64,000 nt of DNA from a virus, in IMG/VR virus record IMGVR_UViG_3300031997_000620, positions 1-64,000 of that record; one strand, written 5' to 3'. The notes beneath the pieces are model-generated. The model saw only the letters and a list, made by a program, of their open reading frames with translations. It had not been told where the DNA came from and ran no database searches. This document shows positions 9,113-19,215 of this stretch, in pieces (the first letter of the stretch is position 1; the number at the start of each line of letters is the position of its first letter). Made by a program: the position numbers and the translations under genes.

Positions 9113-9740
9113 AGCTGGCCTCGTAAAGTTCAGGAAGCCTCTCATTGAGATCAATGAAGAGATCCGCAGATTCGAGAAGAAGAGACATTGGAGAGCATTA
9201 AAGCTACCTAGGTTTATTCTAGATGACCTGTTCAATGTTTACACTGAGTACAAAGGAGCTTGTGCTTTTTGTGGCATCCTAACTACGGCAAAGTTTAACT
9301 ACAGGTATACCGGAGCACACTTCAGGTTCGAAATGCCTTTGACAAAAGGCGGAGCCATAAACACTGACAACCTCGTACTGGTGTGTGCTACTCACCATAA
9401 GGAATACGGGCCGCACAAGCGAGCGAGGGAAAGAATCCCCGATGTAGACTCTTTCGCTGACTTAACGGAGGCTTTGATTCGGGCGGTGAAGAACGAGGAT
9501 GGGTGGGAAAAGCTCAGACGAATCAAGCATGAAATGAATACAATTCTTGAGGAGATTGCTATCCACAGCCGCTACATGGTTTTCAATGAAGATAGACCAA
9601 CTAAGATTCGCACGCCAAAGAGAGATAATTCAGTAGCGGACGCAATCGAGAAGCTCGCTGCGGGTGAGGACACCAAACAGGACATTGTTGACGGACTTAA
9701 AACGATTCATGTAACTCAAAAGTACGAGGTACAAAAATGA
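9105..9740 (+). CDS. HNH-like domain protein (possibly inactive)
   Basis: CAFCG...PLTKGG..NLVLVCATHH; the expected DH catalytic motif is absent. Confidence 0.55.
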   Translation: MPKAGLVKFRKPLIEINEEIRRFEKKRHWRALKLPRFILDDLFNVYTEYKGACAFCGILTTAKFNYRYTGAHFRFEMPLTKGGAINTDNLVLVCATHHKEYGPHKRARERIPDVDSFADLTEALIRAVKNEDGWEKLRRIKHEMNTILEEIAIHSRYMVFNEDRPTKIRTPKRDNSVADAIEKLAAGEDTKQDIVDGLKTIHVTQKYEVQK

Positions 9741-9970
9741 AACCCATATTCCTTGATATAGTTATAGGCGATTGGATTATTAGTCCCCCATTTGTAGTCT
9801 TAGAAGAAGGGAATAGAATTTTTCATAACTGCTCACCAATGATGACAGGGTATAAAGGAAATAGGGCTTACCTTCCTGGAGGGGACAGGGCATATCGTTC
9901 TGACGGTAAGTGTTGTGCATGTAAGACTGAAGTGCCGGCACTGGTTCAACTAGCTGCGAAGCTTACATGA
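9737..9970 (+). CDS. small Zn-binding protein with C-terminal tag
   Basis: FHNC...KCCACKTEVPALVQLAAKL. Confidence 0.65.
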   Translation: MKPIFLDIVIGDWIISPPFVVLEEGNRIFHNCSPMMTGYKGNRAYLPGGDRAYRSDGKCCACKTEVPALVQLAAKLT

Positions 9971-9979
9971 GGTACAGAA

Positions 9980-10228
9980 ATGATGGTGGACGATGACGAA
10001 TTCAACCGACTAATAGGTGAATCCATAAGGGGATCAAGGATAGGAACTTTGAAGATCGACGAAGAATGGAGCACCTATAATGGAAACGTCTATCATAGAT
10101 GCCAAGCGAATACACCGTATGGCGAGAAAAGGAAATATACATATGGAGTTAGAAACAATAAGTGCTGCAATCGTGGTTGTAATAAAGAGGTTCCTGCAAT
10201 GATTCAACTAGCTGCGGAGATTTTGTGA
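9980..10228 (+). CDS. small Zn-binding protein with C-terminal tag
   Basis: YHRC...KCCNRGCNKEVPAMIQLAAEIL. Confidence 0.65.
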   Translation: MMVDDDEFNRLIGESIRGSRIGTLKIDEEWSTYNGNVYHRCQANTPYGEKRKYTYGVRNNKCCNRGCNKEVPAMIQLAAEIL

Positions 10229-11661
10229 AAATAGCCTTTGATAATATCTCTGCTGCCTTCGCTCCTGACAATGCACAGGATGCTAAGGCTTTAGAGAAGC
10301 TTAAGAAAGAGTTCGACATCTTCCTAGAGACAGCTATTCATATGCCCCAGTATAAGTTATTCAAGCGAACGGGAGGAAAGGCAGGATGGAATGGCAGGGT
10401 AACTATGATGCAGCACGGCAAGATCCCAACGGGACTGGTTCCTTACGCATGTGAAAGGCTGAAGTTACTTAACTGTCAAACTGAACTGATTGATAAGCGA
10501 AACCTTAAGTTCCTAAGCCTGGGTAAGATGCCAGACATGCTAAGAGATTATCAGAAGGAAGCCGTCAAAGCTGCCTTCGGAAACATGCTAGGTACAGTCT
10601 GGTGGCCGAGAGGCGTCATCGAAATCGCCACAGGCGGAGGAAAGACTCTAACCGCTGGTGCGATGATTACTATGGCAGATGTTCCCACAGCCTTCGTTGT
10701 ACACCGTGAGCATCTATTAGATCAAACAATTGCAGAATTCAAGAAGCTAGGCATTGATGCGGGAAGAGTAAGTGCAGGAGTATGTGAGCCTAAGAGGGTT
10801 ACTGTTGCATCGGTTCAGACTCTTCACTCCGCTAAAAAAGCACAAGACTGGGACCGTCTAGGATGGGTCAATGATGTGGAGCAGCTATTCTACGATGAAG
10901 CACATACTTTAGCCAGCAAGATTGACTCTGTAAATACTTTCGCTGGTGTGTGTAATCTATTCAGTAGTGCATATATGCGATGGGCACTTACTGGCACAGC
11001 GTTCCGTAAGGATAAGTTTTCAAACTGGATTTTGGAGGGAGTGGCCGGGCCGGTCATATATGCCATACGAAGCGAGAAATTAATTGAGGAAGGGCACCTA
11101 TCTCCCCCCAACATTAAGATGATCGAGGTGAGAGCAGATTGGCAAACACCCAATAGGTGGCCGACATGCTACGAGCACGGTATCATGCTAAACAAAGAAA
11201 GAAATATGCACATTGTCAACGAGGCAGCAACATTACCTACTCCCTGCATTATCATGGTAGACCAAATAGGGCATGGAGATCTTATCCAAGGATTAATGCT
11301 GAAACATTTGATGCGTGAGGTACCTTTCGTTAGAGGGGACACTTCCAAAGAGGAAAGGCTCCAATGGATTCAAGCATGTAAGGATGGCAAGGTTCCTTTC
11401 ATGATCACTTCAACAATCTTTGACGAAGGGCTGGACATTCCCAACCTAAGAAGCATTATCCTAGCTGGAGGAAAGAAGAGCGAGATCAGATCTATCCAAA
11501 GGTTAGGGAGAGGATTACGACGTGCAGTTGGTAAGGTCGCAGTTGAGGTAGTAGACTTTTATGATTTAAACCCCAAGATATTAGAGAAGCACTCCAAACT
11601 ACGCCTAGCTACATGGACAGACGAAGGCTTCAACGTAAACATTATAAAAGTAGGGGTATAA
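10225..11661 (+). CDS. superfamily 2 DNA helicase (UvsW-like)
   Basis: LRDYQ, ATGGGKT, DEAH, TGT, EGLDIP, QRLGRGLR. Confidence 0.92.
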   Translation: MKIAFDNISAAFAPDNAQDAKALEKLKKEFDIFLETAIHMPQYKLFKRTGGKAGWNGRVTMMQHGKIPTGLVPYACERLKLLNCQTELIDKRNLKFLSLGKMPDMLRDYQKEAVKAAFGNMLGTVWWPRGVIEIATGGGKTLTAGAMITMADVPTAFVVHREHLLDQTIAEFKKLGIDAGRVSAGVCEPKRVTVASVQTLHSAKKAQDWDRLGWVNDVEQLFYDEAHTLASKIDSVNTFAGVCNLFSSAYMRWALTGTAFRKDKFSNWILEGVAGPVIYAIRSEKLIEEGHLSPPNIKMIEVRADWQTPNRWPTCYEHGIMLNKERNMHIVNEAATLPTPCIIMVDQIGHGDLIQGLMLKHLMREVPFVRGDTSKEERLQWIQACKDGKVPFMITSTIFDEGLDIPNLRSIILAGGKKSEIRSIQRLGRGLRRAVGKVAVEVVDFYDLNPKILEKHSKLRLATWTDEGFNVNIIKVGV

Positions 11662-13127
11662 TGGAATCAAAGTTTGACGAAATTGTATTCCTCTACTCTC
11701 TACTATTGAGAGAGGAGGATTGCAAGAAGTTTTGTGCATCGTACCATGAAGACTGGTTCGATCGCGCCGAGTGTGGTTATGTCTTTCAGGAAATGAGGCA
11801 CTTCCTCAAGAAGCACTTACTCCCTCCCAGCGTCAAGATATTGAGGGTGATCTTTAAACAAAAGGACGCAATGATCTATGAGGCCAGAGTCAAGGAAGTC
11901 TTAGACGAGATCGAGAATTATGATAAAAACGTAGACAAGGCCGAGATCGCCTGGACTTTGGACAAGGCACAGGACGTGGCAACGGTAAGGGCTTTTAAAC
12001 AAATGACAGAGGATGTTGGCGTACAACGGGCGATCGAAGAGGCAGACGGGGCAGAGATCCTGAAGCAGATTAACACGCTACAGAGGCGCTTCGAGAGCAC
12101 CACAGACCGCAAAACGATGAACCTCCGAGAAGCAGTAGAGTCTCTTGTGAAGTCTGATGGGTTTACTCCTATGCTTCAGAGAGTGCCTACAGGAATTGAT
12201 ATTATTGATATCTGGTGTGGTGGAGGGTTAAGGCCGAAACAACTAGGGATTATCGTCGGAGTCACAGGCCACGGTAAGAGTGCAACATTGATAAACATTG
12301 CAGATAGAATGAGTCGCAATGAGGATAGAAAGGTTTGGCTAGTAACAAATGAGTTAAGCTTGTACGAAACGACAGAGCGAATGCTGTCTAGGTTAAGTGG
12401 AGTTGGCCTGACTGATATTATTGATGCCCCGGCTATGGGCCTGGGCAAATTGAGTCGCCAGTGGAAGATGAATCGGCTCGATAACAAGTTCTTCATCACT
12501 GAATACGTCCGACCGCCCATTTCAGCAGCCGACATCGAAGATGAAATGATTAGGAATCGAAATCTTTATGGCTTCATGCCCGAAGTGATTGTGCTCGACT
12601 TCATGGAACGCATGAAGCCTGACATGAGCAGGGGAAGACCAAAGATTGATAATGAGTGGTCGAACATGCAATTCATTGCCCAAGACCTAGTAAGTTTGGC
12701 GAAGCGTCACAACATTATCATCTGGACTGCGGTACAGACTAATCGTGGAGGAGCGTCAGCAGAAGAGCTTGACCTAACCCACGTTCAATCTTCTATTCGA
12801 CATATTCAGGAAGCTACAGCATGTATCGCCTTGAAGCAAAGGAAGATCGTAGATGGGGATAAGACAGGTAAAGTAGGAATCCAGTTTTTCAATCTCAAGC
12901 AACGACAGAGCAAGCTTAGCTTCGACTCTGTAATCCTTGAGGCAGATTTGAGCAGAATGAACATAACAAATGATGTTGCACAAGTTCTTGCAACAGATCA
13001 GGTGGACAATTCAGGATCGGCAACGCCCTCGGGCACGCCTACAGTCCAGCATGCGGCTACCACATCTTCAGGCATGACAGCGCAGCAGCGTAAAAACAGT
13101 AAGGGGAAGTACCAAGGGAGAAAGTAA
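11661..13127 (+). CDS. DnaB-like replicative helicase
   Basis: PTG..ID, Walker A GVTGHGKS, VTNE, VIVLD, WTAVQTNR. Confidence 0.88.
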   Translation: MESKFDEIVFLYSLLLREEDCKKFCASYHEDWFDRAECGYVFQEMRHFLKKHLLPPSVKILRVIFKQKDAMIYEARVKEVLDEIENYDKNVDKAEIAWTLDKAQDVATVRAFKQMTEDVGVQRAIEEADGAEILKQINTLQRRFESTTDRKTMNLREAVESLVKSDGFTPMLQRVPTGIDIIDIWCGGGLRPKQLGIIVGVTGHGKSATLINIADRMSRNEDRKVWLVTNELSLYETTERMLSRLSGVGLTDIIDAPAMGLGKLSRQWKMNRLDNKFFITEYVRPPISAADIEDEMIRNRNLYGFMPEVIVLDFMERMKPDMSRGRPKIDNEWSNMQFIAQDLVSLAKRHNIIIWTAVQTNRGGASAEELDLTHVQSSIRHIQEATACIALKQRKIVDGDKTGKVGIQFFNLKQRQSKLSFDSVILEADLSRMNITNDVAQVLATDQVDNSGSATPSGTPTVQHAATTSSGMTAQQRKNSKGKYQGRK

Positions 13128-13384
13128 TGTCTGAGTTATGGAAGATTGATGTTGGCTACTTCTGTGCTGGCTTACTAAGCGAGGATGGAATTGTCATTAA
13201 GGCTGCCCCTATTCTAAAGTGGACTTTGGGCAAGAATATCGAAGATGTTCAAAAATGGGTTAAGTCCAAGCGGGGACTCATGATTTTGGTTCCACTTGTA
13301 AAAGTTCAAGGAAATGGCGATAATAAGGCATCGCGAAGCAAGGCGGCAGACCAGTCTGACCGACCCCAAAATAGCGACAAATAA
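13127..13384 (+). CDS. conserved hypothetical protein
   Basis: YFCAG...AAPILKW motif; TAATG coupling. Confidence 0.55.
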   Translation: MSELWKIDVGYFCAGLLSEDGIVIKAAPILKWTLGKNIEDVQKWVKSKRGLMILVPLVKVQGNGDNKASRSKAADQSDRPQNSDK

Positions 13385-13482
13385 GAAAGATAAACTAACA
13401 CAACAAACCACACACTACTAACACAGAAACACAGAAAACAAAAAAATCGATAAAGAAAGAAAACGAAAATTCGAGTTTACGA

Positions 13483-13582
13483 GAAGAGTCTGGAGGGGTC
13501 TATGTACTATGTACATTATACTACTGAGCAAGTTTTCTAACAGTGAGTAGAGCCGACTCCTTGGTAGCCCTCCAGACTCTTC
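13483..13582. repeat. 15-bp perfect inverted repeat next to an A/C-rich tract
   Basis: GAAGAGTCTGGAGGG (13483-13497) and CCCTCCAGACTCTTC (13568-13582) in the longest non-coding gap of the + arm. Confidence 0.85.
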
Positions 13583-13690
13583 ACCCTAATCAAAAGGAGA
13601 ACAATATGGGCTTTTTCATTGGATTTGTAATTGGGTCAATACTTGTTCTATTAGGAATGTTGGTGGGTCTTCATATGGGGAGGGATTAAC

Positions 13691-13894
13691 ATGGCAGCTA
13701 GTATCGTATCAGATCAATCATGCGTTCGGTTTAGAAAGACACAGAATCTCGCAGGAACTCCGTCTGTAGTAATTGACCTTTATGGAGATGCTGTAGCAGT
13801 CATTACTTCAAAGACTGAAGCAGCACGTCTGGTAGAAGCCCTCACACGGGCAGCCTATACCATCCATAAGCTTTGGTCAAAGGATCTAGAGTAA
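13691..13894 (+). CDS. hypothetical protein
   Basis: ORF with GGGAGG RBS. Confidence 0.45.
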   Translation: MAASIVSDQSCVRFRKTQNLAGTPSVVIDLYGDAVAVITSKTEAARLVEALTRAAYTIHKLWSKDLE

Positions 13895-14038
13895 TGGACT
13901 CTAAAACACTCGAACAGCTTGCGGAGATTCAGGATAAGCTTGTTGGGCTAATCGAAAAGCAACTCAAAACTATCAAGGACGAAAAACTTATTGATCTAGA
14001 GGCACAGCGAGTAGACTACCTCGTTGAACAGGGGAGGG

Positions 14039-14548
14039 ATGATGAAGTCTAAGAAGAAGAAGAAGGTTGAGCCGGTTGTAGTTGAATACCCCAAGGTATA
14101 TGTCAAGTGTGACCTTGCCTGGATAGAGGGCGGGGGAGATACTAGCCCTGGCGAAAAATGGTCTGATCGTGAGACAGAGTATCGTCATTACGAAGTAGAG
14201 GATTACTTTCTTCTGTCTGATGGCGGGTTTGGATTCGATTCAGTAGAGGTTCCGGACTGGAAAGAAGGCACGGATACAATCTATGCCGTTATGGTTCACT
14301 ACTCTACAGGGGATACCTTTGGCCGTTGCGAAGGGTGTATTGCTATTCCCATTGCTTTTGTTGACTTAAATGAAGCTAACGCGGTAGCTAAGAAGATCGA
14401 TCAAGAAAGCAAGAATAGCGACGACAGATTTTCAGATCCTACATATGGGTTTTATAAGTCTTGGACAGGATACTTTGAACATACAGATGGGGTCGAAGTA
14501 AAGAAGTTGACGTTAGAAGGAACAGGACTTTATAGGAGTAAGAAGTAA
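14039..14548 (+). CDS. hypothetical phage protein
   Basis: V.YSTGDTFG motif; acidic protein. Confidence 0.6.
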   Translation: MMKSKKKKKVEPVVVEYPKVYVKCDLAWIEGGGDTSPGEKWSDRETEYRHYEVEDYFLLSDGGFGFDSVEVPDWKEGTDTIYAVMVHYSTGDTFGRCEGCIAIPIAFVDLNEANAVAKKIDQESKNSDDRFSDPTYGFYKSWTGYFEHTDGVEVKKLTLEGTGLYRSKK

Positions 14549-15438
14549 TGGAAGATGCAATCCCGAGTATCGGGCTAATTGGTCTAGGCTTCGTTGGTGG
14601 AGCTATGTACAAAGGGTTCGCTGGTCACACAGACATCTATTGTTATGATAAGGACCGTAACGTCGGCAGCTATGATGAAGTGGCTAATGCGGATATTATC
14701 TTTGTAGCAGTCCCTACTCCTATGCACCCGGACGGGTCTTGTGATACCCGTATTATTGAATCTGTTCTAGAGAATTTAGAATTTGAGTTCAAGAATCGAA
14801 CTGTTCGCAAGCCAGTCGTCATTCGTAGTACGGTTCCTCCTTACTTTTGTGCCCGCATGGCGGAGCTTTATGGTGGATGGATGGAGATCATCTTCATGCC
14901 CGAGTTCCTTACAGAACGCACAGCAACATTAGACTTCATCCAGTCTTCTCGATTCATTATTGGGACAGATCCAGAATGCTTTGTAAATGATAGGTTCGAT
15001 AGTCAGATGAATCCTGATGTAATGATGGTAGCTGAGTTGTTTCGTTCTAGGTTCCCCAAGACTCGTATTCCCATTATGACGTGGCAAGAGGCAGGACTCG
15101 TGAAGTATGCTACAAATACTTTCTTTACAGTTAAACTTTCATTCTTCAACGAGTTGTTCGGCGTATGTGGAGCGACTGGGGCTAATCCTGACAATGTAAT
15201 TGGAGAGGTGCTCGAAGATGGTAGGATTGGCCGTAGTCACTTTGCAGTCCCCGGGCATGATGGGGACTTTGGGTGGGGAGGGCATTGCTTCCCTAAAGAT
15301 AACCGGGCCTATTCTACTTTTGTAAAAGCTCTAGGGCTCAAGTCTATCATGGCGGAAGCTGCCTGGGACGTGAATGAAGTTGTTAGATCAAATCGAGATT
15401 GGGAAACACAGATTGGGCGAGCAGTTTCAGAGGATTAA
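14548..15438 (+). CDS. UDP-glucose/GDP-mannose dehydrogenase family protein
   Basis: GLGFVG Rossmann motif, AVPTP, RSTVPP, PEFL, catalytic GGHCFPKD. Confidence 0.9.
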   Translation: MEDAIPSIGLIGLGFVGGAMYKGFAGHTDIYCYDKDRNVGSYDEVANADIIFVAVPTPMHPDGSCDTRIIESVLENLEFEFKNRTVRKPVVIRSTVPPYFCARMAELYGGWMEIIFMPEFLTERTATLDFIQSSRFIIGTDPECFVNDRFDSQMNPDVMMVAELFRSRFPKTRIPIMTWQEAGLVKYATNTFFTVKLSFFNELFGVCGATGANPDNVIGEVLEDGRIGRSHFAVPGHDGDFGWGGHCFPKDNRAYSTFVKALGLKSIMAEAAWDVNEVVRSNRDWETQIGRAVSED

Positions 15439-16352
15439 TGAACAATTCGAACGTACTCGCTTGGCTTCGGAAACAAGGAATGGTTACCTTGGTTATTGGT
15501 TCCGAAGTACATATGAAATGCCCTAAGTGCGACCACGTTCAATTCTACTTCAACATGAGTAAGGGGGTGGGATTCTGCCACCGGGCTAGTTGCCATTGGA
15601 AGCCTTCTCTCAAAGCTTTAGCAGAGCATTGGGGGTCCGAACCTTCTGATGTAGGATGGACGCCCGTCCCGCAGGTTGTTGTGGAGCACAAGCCTCTCGT
15701 GGCCCTTCCTAAGAATGTCCATCCAGTGATTGAGTTAAACCAAACAAACTATACTACTAGAATTTTTGATGCTTACACTTGGCTCACTAAGAGAAAGCTT
15801 ACTCCAGAACAGATCTATCACTGGGGCATCCTGGCGAACTACAAGAGGATCTATGTCCCGATCTATTCTAAGGGCAATCTTGTACAGTACATTGCCAGAC
15901 TATATGACGTTAACGACCACGGGATGAAATACAAGTATGCTAAAGGGGTGCCAGTAACGAACTTCCTATTCGGGTGGGACGAGCAAGACTGGACATGGAT
16001 GACCTTAGTAGAGAACACGTTTGTATCTATGTGGCTACGGAACGAAGTAAACTGTACGACCAACTTTGGTTCCCACCTATCAGATGCACAGGTAGGGCTG
16101 ATTGCTCGATCAAAAGTGAAAGAAGTCATTTTCCTTTGGGATGGCGATGCTGTCTACAAGGCTGAAGTAGGAATTCAAAAACTTCGTAGGCACGGAATCA
16201 ATGCCAAGTTTATAGACATCATAGGACAACCTGATGATTATCCGGTTGAGTTTATCAGGGAAATAGTCGCAATAGCAAGACTAGGATCTTCTCGCAACCT
16301 AAATGTGAGGGACGTATGCCGACAACTGAAAGGCTTATCCTCGACGGGTTAG
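15438..16352 (+). CDS. DNA primase (Zn finger + TOPRIM)
   Basis: CPKC...CHRASC Zn domain; LVE..F and FLWDGDA TOPRIM motifs. Confidence 0.85.
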   Translation: MNNSNVLAWLRKQGMVTLVIGSEVHMKCPKCDHVQFYFNMSKGVGFCHRASCHWKPSLKALAEHWGSEPSDVGWTPVPQVVVEHKPLVALPKNVHPVIELNQTNYTTRIFDAYTWLTKRKLTPEQIYHWGILANYKRIYVPIYSKGNLVQYIARLYDVNDHGMKYKYAKGVPVTNFLFGWDEQDWTWMTLVENTFVSMWLRNEVNCTTNFGSHLSDAQVGLIARSKVKEVIFLWDGDAVYKAEVGIQKLRRHGINAKFIDIIGQPDDYPVEFIREIVAIARLGSSRNLNVRDVCRQLKGLSSTG

Positions 16353-16564
16353 GTCATCTATTTTACTTGCTTATTTTCCTCGGAATGGTGATGATTAGCA
16401 AGAAACGCGAAGTAGGCTGGTTGCTACGTCTCGCAGGTGAAACTGGATGGGCCGTGGTGGGACTCTATATGGGGATGACTTCTATCTGGGTTTGGGCAAT
16501 ACCCTTCATCTATATCGACACAAAAGGATACCTACTTTGGCGAAGACTAAAGACAAAGTTGTAG
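16316..16564 (+). CDS. small membrane protein (PnuC-like)
   Basis: Three hydrophobic segments; GW..(L)..W and GY..W pattern. Confidence 0.5.
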   Translation: MPTTERLILDGLGHLFYLLIFLGMVMISKKREVGWLLRLAGETGWAVVGLYMGMTSIWVWAIPFIYIDTKGYLLWRRLKTKL

Positions 16565-19215
16565 AACCTTACTCCTCCTGCAAGGGAGTGGGCTGTAAAC
16601 CGAAATGCGCTCTTGGGTGCTTAATCGAGAATAAGCAAGTCGAACTCAAAGGAATTCCCTTTGACATCTTCTACAACTACCAGACTACCAAACGTGGGTG
16701 GGCTCCTGCGAACAGAGGAAGTGCTGTTGGTAGAACCTATGATGTAGTTATTCTATTGGAAGGTATCACAGATGAAGAAGACATGCGGAACCTTCCCATT
16801 GCAGGTTCCCTGGCAAATCGCCTAACAAACTGTATTATACAGGCAGGATTCGCATCTTCCCAAGTGTACATAACCAATATGGTTAAGTGTGCCCCTCCTA
16901 AGGGCCGCAAAGCCTCCTTAACGGAGAGTAAGGCTTGCTTAGCTCACTTTAGGCATGAGCTAGAAAAGGCACAACCCAAAGTGGTCATGCTTGTCGGCTC
17001 TACTACGATGCGAGCTTTCAACTTGCACAATGAGGGGGGTATCTTCAAGAATCGTGGCAAGGTGTTCAATGTGAAGCTCCCTGATTGGGAAGACGGCCCG
17101 ACATTCAAAGTGATTCCTACGTTCCATCCTAGCATGTTCTTCTATAAGAACGACCCCGTAGCAGAACAAAGGATGTTTGATGACTATATCCTGGCCGCAG
17201 ACATGGTTCGTGGAGATGCTGTGAAGGTTGCAAAGCCTAAGAACAAGTTCCGTCTTATCAAGACTACGAAGCAGTTTAACGAGATGATCGCGGAAATGAA
17301 AGAGGCACCGTTAGTTGCCTTTGATACAGAGTCACGGTCCCTTCCTGCTCACCGAGAGCCTATGCTTATGATGAGCTTTTGTTGGGGATATGATCGGCCT
17401 GGAGAGCAAACCGCTGTCCTTCCCATCTACCACCATTCTCCTACTCCTAATGCCCTAGGATGGCATGTGGAGCCTTTCTGGGGAACTAGCAAACATCGGG
17501 CTCCTTTGGATTACCTCTTCAGTGAGCTAAAGACGCACATCTTTGAAAATGAGAAGATAGTCAAGGCTGCTCACAATCTGAAGTATGACTGGCATGTCAT
17601 CCGCAAGTGGGTAGGGTCGGATCTTAAAGGCACATTATACGACACTATGCTTCTTCATCACTTAATTAGGGAGCAAAAACCTCATGATCTCAAGTACTTA
17701 GCGGACCTTGAGTTTGCCATTGGTTCATATAACTCGAAAGTAGAAGATATAGGTCATGCTAAGGGGTACGACTGCATACCCCACCATATCTTCTGTCCGT
17801 ATGCAGCTATCGATGCAGAGAACGTGTTTAGGCTAGCCTGCGTCTACAACTTCAAGATCCTTGAAAGGGTAATGGATAAGAACCCTCAACTTTACTCCCT
17901 CTATATTGATAGGGTTCAACCGGCCCTTGAAGCTCTTGTAGATGTTGAAGATGATGGTATCCAGATGGATAAAGACTTGACGATTCAATACAAGGCTGAC
18001 TATGAAAAAGAACAGGCCCGACTCCTATCTTCTCTTAAGGCCAAAACATGCAACCCCGAATTCAACCCCCTAAGCACAGTAGATGTACGGAATGCTGCCA
18101 TTAAAGACGGTCATTCGGACGCCATATCAGACCTTAGTAAGTCGTCTGGATGGTCTACAGGCAAGGAAGTGCTGCTTGATCTTTCTCAAAAGTGGCCGAT
18201 AGCTGCGAACATCTTACAATACCGCACCAACAGGAAGATGATTTCAACCTATCTCGAAAGCGCCCTAACAGAGTTAGATCCTGACGGTCGAATTCGTAAA
18301 AGTTTCATGCTTCACGGAACTGAGTCTGGGCGTCTCTCTTGCTCGTTCTTGCACCAAGTCCCCAAGGCTACTAAGAGTGGCATTCACAACCTTAGAGATT
18401 TGTTTGTGGCTGGAAAAGACTGCCTCTTTGGATACATGGACTATAAACAAATTGAACTAAAGGTCTATGCGGTTCTCATTTATCTACTGACCGGAGATCA
18501 TCGGCTCGTAGACATCTTCTTCGATCCCAAGTCTGATGCTCATAGAACTATGGCTGCAATCTTGCTTGAGATCCCCGAGGACTTGGTTAGCCCTCTAAAT
18601 AGAGATGTAGGGAAAACATTCAACTTCGGTGCTATCTTCGGGTCATCTGGGTATGACCTAGTTGGTAAAGAGTATGAAGGACTGAAGGGGCAGAAGTATT
18701 CCATGACCTGGGATACCGTCAACATGGGGATCAATCGTTTCCACAACATGTATCCTTCAGTTAGAGAGTATATGGCTTTGATCCCAGACCTGACTAGGAA
18801 GCAAGACAACACCTTCATTAGTGTGATGGGACGAGAAAGACATATGGGGGATGCTCTGAACAGTAGAGATCCTAAGAAGCGAGGCAAGGCAGAACGGGAG
18901 CTAGTCAACTTCACCGTCCAGTCGCCTGCTGCGCAAATTACGATTGATACAATGAGCATTATACATCGACAGATAAAGAAGTTTCGGGAACAGGGCCAAC
19001 TCAAGAAATCCCATGTGCGCATTGTCAATACAGTGCATGACTCGTTGATGACAGAGTTTCACGCGAAGCTTCAAGCTTGGACTCTGTCCCTTATGAAGAC
19101 AACGGCAGAGCGACCCATACCCGAACTTGGAGGCAGGATCTTTACCGTTGATCTGGGTATTGGGAAAACATGGGCCGAAGCCGAATCAAAAACTAACAAA
19201 GTAACGGAGGTATGA
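16537..19215 (+). CDS. polA: family A DNA polymerase with N-terminal family-4 UDG-like domain and 3'-5' exonuclease
   Basis: UDG: YITNMVKCAPP, PTFHPS. Exonuclease: FDTE, HNLKYD, YAAIDA. Polymerase: GTESGRLS, DYKQIEL, KTFNFG, VHDS. Probable TTG start at 16537 after AGGA. Confidence 0.93.
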   Translation: MAKTKDKVVEPYSSCKGVGCKPKCALGCLIENKQVELKGIPFDIFYNYQTTKRGWAPANRGSAVGRTYDVVILLEGITDEEDMRNLPIAGSLANRLTNCIIQAGFASSQVYITNMVKCAPPKGRKASLTESKACLAHFRHELEKAQPKVVMLVGSTTMRAFNLHNEGGIFKNRGKVFNVKLPDWEDGPTFKVIPTFHPSMFFYKNDPVAEQRMFDDYILAADMVRGDAVKVAKPKNKFRLIKTTKQFNEMIAEMKEAPLVAFDTESRSLPAHREPMLMMSFCWGYDRPGEQTAVLPIYHHSPTPNALGWHVEPFWGTSKHRAPLDYLFSELKTHIFENEKIVKAAHNLKYDWHVIRKWVGSDLKGTLYDTMLLHHLIREQKPHDLKYLADLEFAIGSYNSKVEDIGHAKGYDCIPHHIFCPYAAIDAENVFRLACVYNFKILERVMDKNPQLYSLYIDRVQPALEALVDVEDDGIQMDKDLTIQYKADYEKEQARLLSSLKAKTCNPEFNPLSTVDVRNAAIKDGHSDAISDLSKSSGWSTGKEVLLDLSQKWPIAANILQYRTNRKMISTYLESALTELDPDGRIRKSFMLHGTESGRLSCSFLHQVPKATKSGIHNLRDLFVAGKDCLFGYMDYKQIELKVYAVLIYLLTGDHRLVDIFFDPKSDAHRTMAAILLEIPEDLVSPLNRDVGKTFNFGAIFGSSGYDLVGKEYEGLKGQKYSMTWDTVNMGINRFHNMYPSVREYMALIPDLTRKQDNTFISVMGRERHMGDALNSRDPKKRGKAERELVNFTVQSPAAQITIDTMSIIHRQIKKFREQGQLKKSHVRIVNTVHDSLMTEFHAKLQAWTLSLMKTTAERPIPELGGRIFTVDLGIGKTWAEAESKTNKVTEV

